In this document: piece by piece, positions 61,701-64,000 of the stretch | How positions within the stretch are numbered: the stretch's first letter is position 1 | Layout: the number at the start of each line of letters is the position of its first letter | From: Thermoanaerobaculia bacterium | GTDB taxonomy: Bacteria; Acidobacteriota; Thermoanaerobaculia; Multivoradales; UBA5704 | DNA: 64,000 bases | Direction of reading: 5' to 3' | Assembly (NCBI GenBank): GCA_044226625.1 | Contig: JBGAGQ010000002.1 | Span: 1 to 64,000 of the forward strand | The notes under the pieces: model-generated | Databases searched by the model: none | What the model saw: only the letters and a program-made list of their open reading frames with translations | Told to the model about the DNA's origin: nothing | Translations under genes and position numbers: made by a program

Positions 61701-62458
61701 ACGAGGAAGGAAGTATCGGGTTCGATCAGATCGTCAACACCCACAAGTACGGAACGCTTAACATTGCCTCGATCGAGGATCTGAACCTCTACCACCCGAA
61801 GGACAACGTTCGGGGGTTCGCCGTCTTCTCTGCCGACCACGATGCCGAGGCCAAGAGCGGCGGGGGATTCCACAAAGGTTTCGGCGACGGCAGCTACACG
61901 ACCAGCGGCCATCCGACGGACTATCCCCGGCTTGCGAACTACACCGACGATACCAGGGCGATCCTGTTGAAATCGGTGATGGCGTACAACCGCGGGTCGG
62001 GGGACAGCGCCGCACTGCGTGAACCGTGGGCGGACATGTTGAGGAACTACGACGCCTTGCCGGCGAACACGAAGATGCACGGCCGGCGGTCGGCGATGCG
62101 TTACGCGCTGGACGTGACCGCGAGAGGCGGCGTGGGCCACGGTTGTTTCAACTGGATCGAGAAGGTGATCACCACCGGCCCCGACGACAAGTGCGACTCG
62201 ACCCGAGCCGGCTCGGACGTCAGCGTGGCGACCCTGCAACCTGGAGTGAAAAATCAGGTCTGCATCTATCCGGGAGTTCAAACTCTCAACCTTGGCAACC
62301 GCCAGCACGACGTCCGGCGCATCGCCAACCTCCATTCTGCGGCCGACGCCAACGACCACATGACGACATGGACCTACTCCTATTGCGAATCGGAATGGCT
62401 CGCGCTGACGACCTGGGAAGTCCGTCGCTTGCAACAACTTCCCGCCATCTTGCCGTGA
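55727..62458 (+). CDS. Giant secreted protein B: same trunk as A + PKD + peptidoglycan-binding + lytic transglycosylase/lysozyme-like C-terminus
   Basis: GGGAGGG RBS before ATG 55727; trunk paralogous to A; PG_binding_1 'GDDVKMLQSQL...DGNFGGKTTRGVMRFQ...GVV'; SLT-like 'LIRAWARQES', 'GSIGFDQI', 'MAYNRG'. Confidence 0.8.
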   Translation: MAGSGLRRAVGLLAAAVALLAGGRASAQTVSIPATADTYLRQSSANQNQGQDVLLHIQQSGHNRTLVAMDPAAIASAVGTGHLASATLELYVTDSTAWGTAGRTVDLHRMTAPWTENGATWNCAVDTNPANGSPNCATQWDGGTFDDEPSDSVLHLNTTSGYVAWNVTEDVRSFLAGTPNYGWLAKLSDETLGGNVDYASRQGSVAVQRPRLVLVVESPTFDQVPPTIAIESPDHPFVINDATPAISIAYADFGSGLALTTLDVKVDGMAAVCTAGASSATCEPAALGEGTHTIVAKVRDAAGNEATATRGFTLLIGPGLRTATFVATADTTLKKSSANQNYGGEATLRLRQSGKNRSLVRFNTTEVLQLVSQGTLRSAFLELTLQVSSGWGTAGRPIDVHRLTGDWNEAGATWNCGIDSIPTNGAPNCATQWAGGTFATPTATVVHRNGQLGTVSFDVTSDLAAIVAGGSDYGWLVKKTDETKSGRADYASRETGAANAPRLVVVVDVPDGGGDTTPPTIAITAPTSALIFNVSTPEIRVEYSDVGSGLALASLRVSIDGSVLTGCSVGAAAATCAPSSLADGSHLVEAEIADAAGNRGSAGASFTITRDDDPPTIDIVAPEGTLFNPSATEISVEFTDELSGIDVGGLAVSIDGATLGGCAVTESTATCAAGSLAAGTHVIRAEVHDGAGNLASAVENVEIVRDTEAPILAITSPPVAGSTAGAVSDLEVTFADAGSGVAIETFRATVDGVVLSSCATSLSGAACTLSSLGPGSHSIAVEIADQAGNHGTASRDLSVAPERVAPFLRILAPTGAPIDGGQIPAIELAYGDAQSGIDSASLRVTLDERDVTSSCQAGLTSAHCGPQFVGSGAHTIVAEISDTLGNPARALLDVTTSLALSLAITAPESGAIVREPTVRLAGTVSPQATSVSVGDVPAQVSGGLWVLPAMPIREGGNTLTVVARSPQGGVGTATVAIIRDSEAPRVAILTPRDGFVTSASQIVVSGDLVDAVSTSSKQRALKVLVNEREATVERKSFVLTDHLLLPGENRIEVTAEDEAGNVGRSAVTVRYVPDALARIEEISGNFQEAESRDTLDQPLVVRVVDFLGRPLAGRTVDFAVTRGDGAVLSFPDAARRLSAVTDEEGLAAMRFALGTRAGAGNHEVTVSSVGIPGSVLFCASARPKAAKDIHPIVATDFQGAKTGPAGQALPKPLFVQVFDGFGNPVAGQAVVFRSVEGGGTFAGASELRATTDDEGKAGAVLTLGPDEGINNNRVEASLEGSTVLPAAFVISGMIPGPAELTALSGIVLDPSDAPVPGARIHIGSNVTLTDAEGRFRLNGVPVGTVHVEIDGSTVTRPGTWPPLGYELVMISGRVNDLGKPMRLPQIDDAGKKRVGGDQDVTIPIQGVAGATLTVYAHSVTFPDGSHEGDVAFTQVPAQKVPMVAPQDAGFMLAWTIQPAGVRFDPPARVSIPNFGAPGGGGNPPGLTGEIFSFDHDLGEFISAGTASITEDGRMMMSNPGMGISKTGWGGCPHPPAPPAQACGSGTCTICPADGGPPVSNCGACQVCTDQGCRDRKIDSVTAEGEPIDPDAPAGASLLQPNDGGGDGQAQEPVYVGEGEPLRLLSDRLRGDCPSGQINATWSFGDGSEPKDGRTVEHTYDEEGEHMAEVRLECVCPTTLKAAGPPVTDSIGIQVVKAMDGFYKMIEKEEKLTIVDKDEDGDGKKDNFFRVLGGARLRLELNPPAVLQAQVTEYRWQVDEEDGHGGFYDGYSPNANGLHDEQLKGPDLRQIYWQSPDGVNKDFFIDVYLKLRDVEAPLHLRRRVKTRVLAAGVEDGDDVKMLQSQLRLFGFTGGTTPGYAGTPINPDGNFGGKTTRGVMRFQDVDDLATSGVVMDDTLIQLARHWRDFYYAYEAFPNDPRIDKFHSDFETWVTAAADDLAMTYTDAVVQILRPGTAGDDGRKDLIRAWARQESDQGQWGYGGHNFRITMGAADEEGSIGFDQIVNTHKYGTLNIASIEDLNLYHPKDNVRGFAVFSADHDAEAKSGGGFHKGFGDGSYTTSGHPTDYPRLANYTDDTRAILLKSVMAYNRGSGDSAALREPWADMLRNYDALPANTKMHGRRSAMRYALDVTARGGVGHGCFNWIEKVITTGPDDKCDSTRAGSDVSVATLQPGVKNQVCIYPGVQTLNLGNRQHDVRRIANLHSAADANDHMTTWTYSYCESEWLALTTWEVRRLQQLPAILP
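55808..56810 (+). repeat. Near-identical DNA duplication of ~48591-49590 (5' trunk of proteins A and B)
   Basis: Long identical runs, e.g. 'gacgtcctgctgcacatccagcagagcgg' and 'ctggaacgtgacggaggacgttcggtcgttcctcgccgggacgccgaactacggctggctcgc'. Confidence 0.9.
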
Positions 62459-62465
62459 GGAAACG

Positions 62466-63341
62466 ATGATGATCCCCGGTCTCCGAATGCTCGCTTCCGG
62501 GCTCGTGCTGGCGGTCGCGCCGGCTGTCGTGGCTCCGGCGCCTCAAAGCGATAGTGGTTACTCCTTGCCGCGGGTCGCAGAGACCTCTGCGTCACGCGGC
62601 AACGCGAGCCCCCCTTCCGTCGCGGCGATCCACCCCGCTACCGATTCGGTCGCATCGATCGAGATTCTCAATCCCGCCGCCGGACGGTGGCGGCTGGTCC
62701 TTCGATCAGGCCAGACCGAGAGCGTTCTGAGCGAGGTTCCAAAGGACGAGGCGGAATACGTGGTGTCGGGGCCTTTTCTCGCCAGCTTTCCGGTCGGTCC
62801 CTCGTCCGGCCTGGAGGCCTTCGTCTGGCAGTACGTGGTCGGATCGGGATTGCGTTACGAGGATTACCGCACGACCTACCTCGTGCTGTGCTTGCTGGAT
62901 CGCGGCCACCCGATCGGTTCGTGCCAGACGCAGAAAGTGGCCGAAACATCGATCCATAAGGAAGTCCACTCTCAGCCGGAGGACGTCTGGCTGTATTGGT
63001 CGGCGGATGCGGATCGGCCCACGCGGGCGACCGAAAGTGACGTCCGGCTTCTCGTGCGCGACGGCGACGGCGACGGATTCGACGACCTCGTGATCTGGCG
63101 GCGAACGTGCGGCGCGCTCGCGATCGCCGACTCGGCCGCGCGCGAGCGCGACCCCAAGACGTTCGAGGGCAAAGTCGAGTGCAACCTCGATTTCGTCCTC
63201 GAACGCGACGAACGACTTTGGATGCGTTTCGATCCGACCCACCGGACGTTCGAGGCGCCGACTTTGAACGACAAGCTGCCGGTTCCGAACCGCGATCTCT
63301 GGAATCGGCTGCCGAACGTCGGACACCTTTCGGTGCGGTGA
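62466..63341 (+). CDS. Exported protein, candidate immunity/partner of protein B
   Basis: 7 nt after B's stop with GAGG RBS; signal peptide; one 'DGDGDGFDDL' Ca-binding-type loop; unrelated to 54604-55587. Confidence 0.65.
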   Translation: MMIPGLRMLASGLVLAVAPAVVAPAPQSDSGYSLPRVAETSASRGNASPPSVAAIHPATDSVASIEILNPAAGRWRLVLRSGQTESVLSEVPKDEAEYVVSGPFLASFPVGPSSGLEAFVWQYVVGSGLRYEDYRTTYLVLCLLDRGHPIGSCQTQKVAETSIHKEVHSQPEDVWLYWSADADRPTRATESDVRLLVRDGDGDGFDDLVIWRRTCGALAIADSAARERDPKTFEGKVECNLDFVLERDERLWMRFDPTHRTFEAPTLNDKLPVPNRDLWNRLPNVGHLSVR

Positions 63342-63517
63342 TGACCTGCTTGGGGTCTGTCGGTCGGAGGCGAACACGCCTACGCCTACGTTCGATCTCA
63401 ACGCCGGGTCCCTGGTGAGGGTCGAATGGGAACGTGCTGGCGGTGGCGAGCCGTAGTTGGGCGGGAGCGTTCTCGCAGTCGAAATTCTTTGGCGTGTTGC
63501 GTGATGGAGGATTGATC

Positions 63518-64000
63518 GTGGACAAGTCGACGACGAGAGTGGATGCGATCGCGAGAGCTGGGGCCCGGTGGGCGACGAGCCTGCTGGTCCTATTCGGCCT
63601 TTCTTTCCCCGCCGCCGCCCAGCTCGGCACCGCCTGCACCGCCGAGGTGCTGAGCCGCACCGTTCGCGTCAACGCCGACGGCTCGTTCTTCTTCTCGAAC
63701 CTGCCCACGGAGGACGGCAACTTCCGCGTCCGCCTCACCTGCACGCCCGACGGATCGCCGGTGGTCCACGGCGCCACGCCATTCTTCCAACTGGTCGCGA
63801 ACCAGACCGTTGCGGTCGGCCCGGTCGCCTTCGGCGCGGTGCCGCCGATCCCGGCGGTGCTCGAGCTGAACCTGGAGAAGACGAAACTCACCGAAAAGGG
63901 GGAGCGCCTTTTCCTCGGCACGACGGGGATCCTGGGCGACGGCACGGAGCTCGACTTCTCGCCGGTCGAGATGGGAACCGAGTTTTGGTCGAGCGATCCG
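63518..64000 (+). CDS. N-terminus of another secreted beta-rich protein (3'-truncated, absent from ORF track)
   Basis: GGAGG at 63506, GTG 63518, open to window end: MDKSTTRV...LLVLFGLSFPAAA-QLGTACTAEVLSRTVRVNADGSFFFSNLPTEDGNFRVRLTC...FWSSDP. Confidence 0.8.
   Translation, partial: MDKSTTRVDAIARAGARWATSLLVLFGLSFPAAAQLGTACTAEVLSRTVRVNADGSFFFSNLPTEDGNFRVRLTCTPDGSPVVHGATPFFQLVANQTVAVGPVAFGAVPPIPAVLELNLEKTKLTEKGERLFLGTTGILGDGTELDFSPVEMGTEFWSSDP

Overview
High-GC bacterial window. The gene families present (ADOP-type permease, giant Ig-rich secreted proteins, TPR/HTH small-gene cluster) suggest Acidobacteriota/Thermoanaerobaculia; this is an inference. Housekeeping-like genes are hutU, Pit + DUF47, DUF1015, RidA, two GNATs, a sensor kinase, a Fes-like esterase and three secreted peptidases. 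Five accessory loci stand out. (1) An MNT-HEPN toxin-antitoxin pair followed by a lower-GC two-gene island with a PD-(D/E)xK-like motif, a candidate defence system. (2) An orphan UnbV/UnbU enediyne-type gene pair and a stand-alone A-T-TE NRPS-like gene. (3) A 26.5-32.5 kb module with a secreted precursor carrying two 'EGxYIDPNG' repeats, a Zn-finger/TPR protein, a nuclease, a Cys-rich RiPP-like precursor, two HTH regulators and a 13x21-nt array. (4) A 10-repeat adhesin. (5) Two tandem giant secreted paralogues with a shared DNRLRE-Ig trunk, a sharp conserved breakpoint and unrelated C-terminal enzyme domains (transglutaminase-like versus peptidoglycan-binding + lytic transglycosylase-like), each followed by its own small exported protein. 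Locus 5 has the architecture of a polymorphic toxin/immunity system and is the best candidate for an undescribed system. I saw no rRNA, tRNA, CRISPR array, integrase or transposase. All family calls come from reading motifs by eye, not from database searches.
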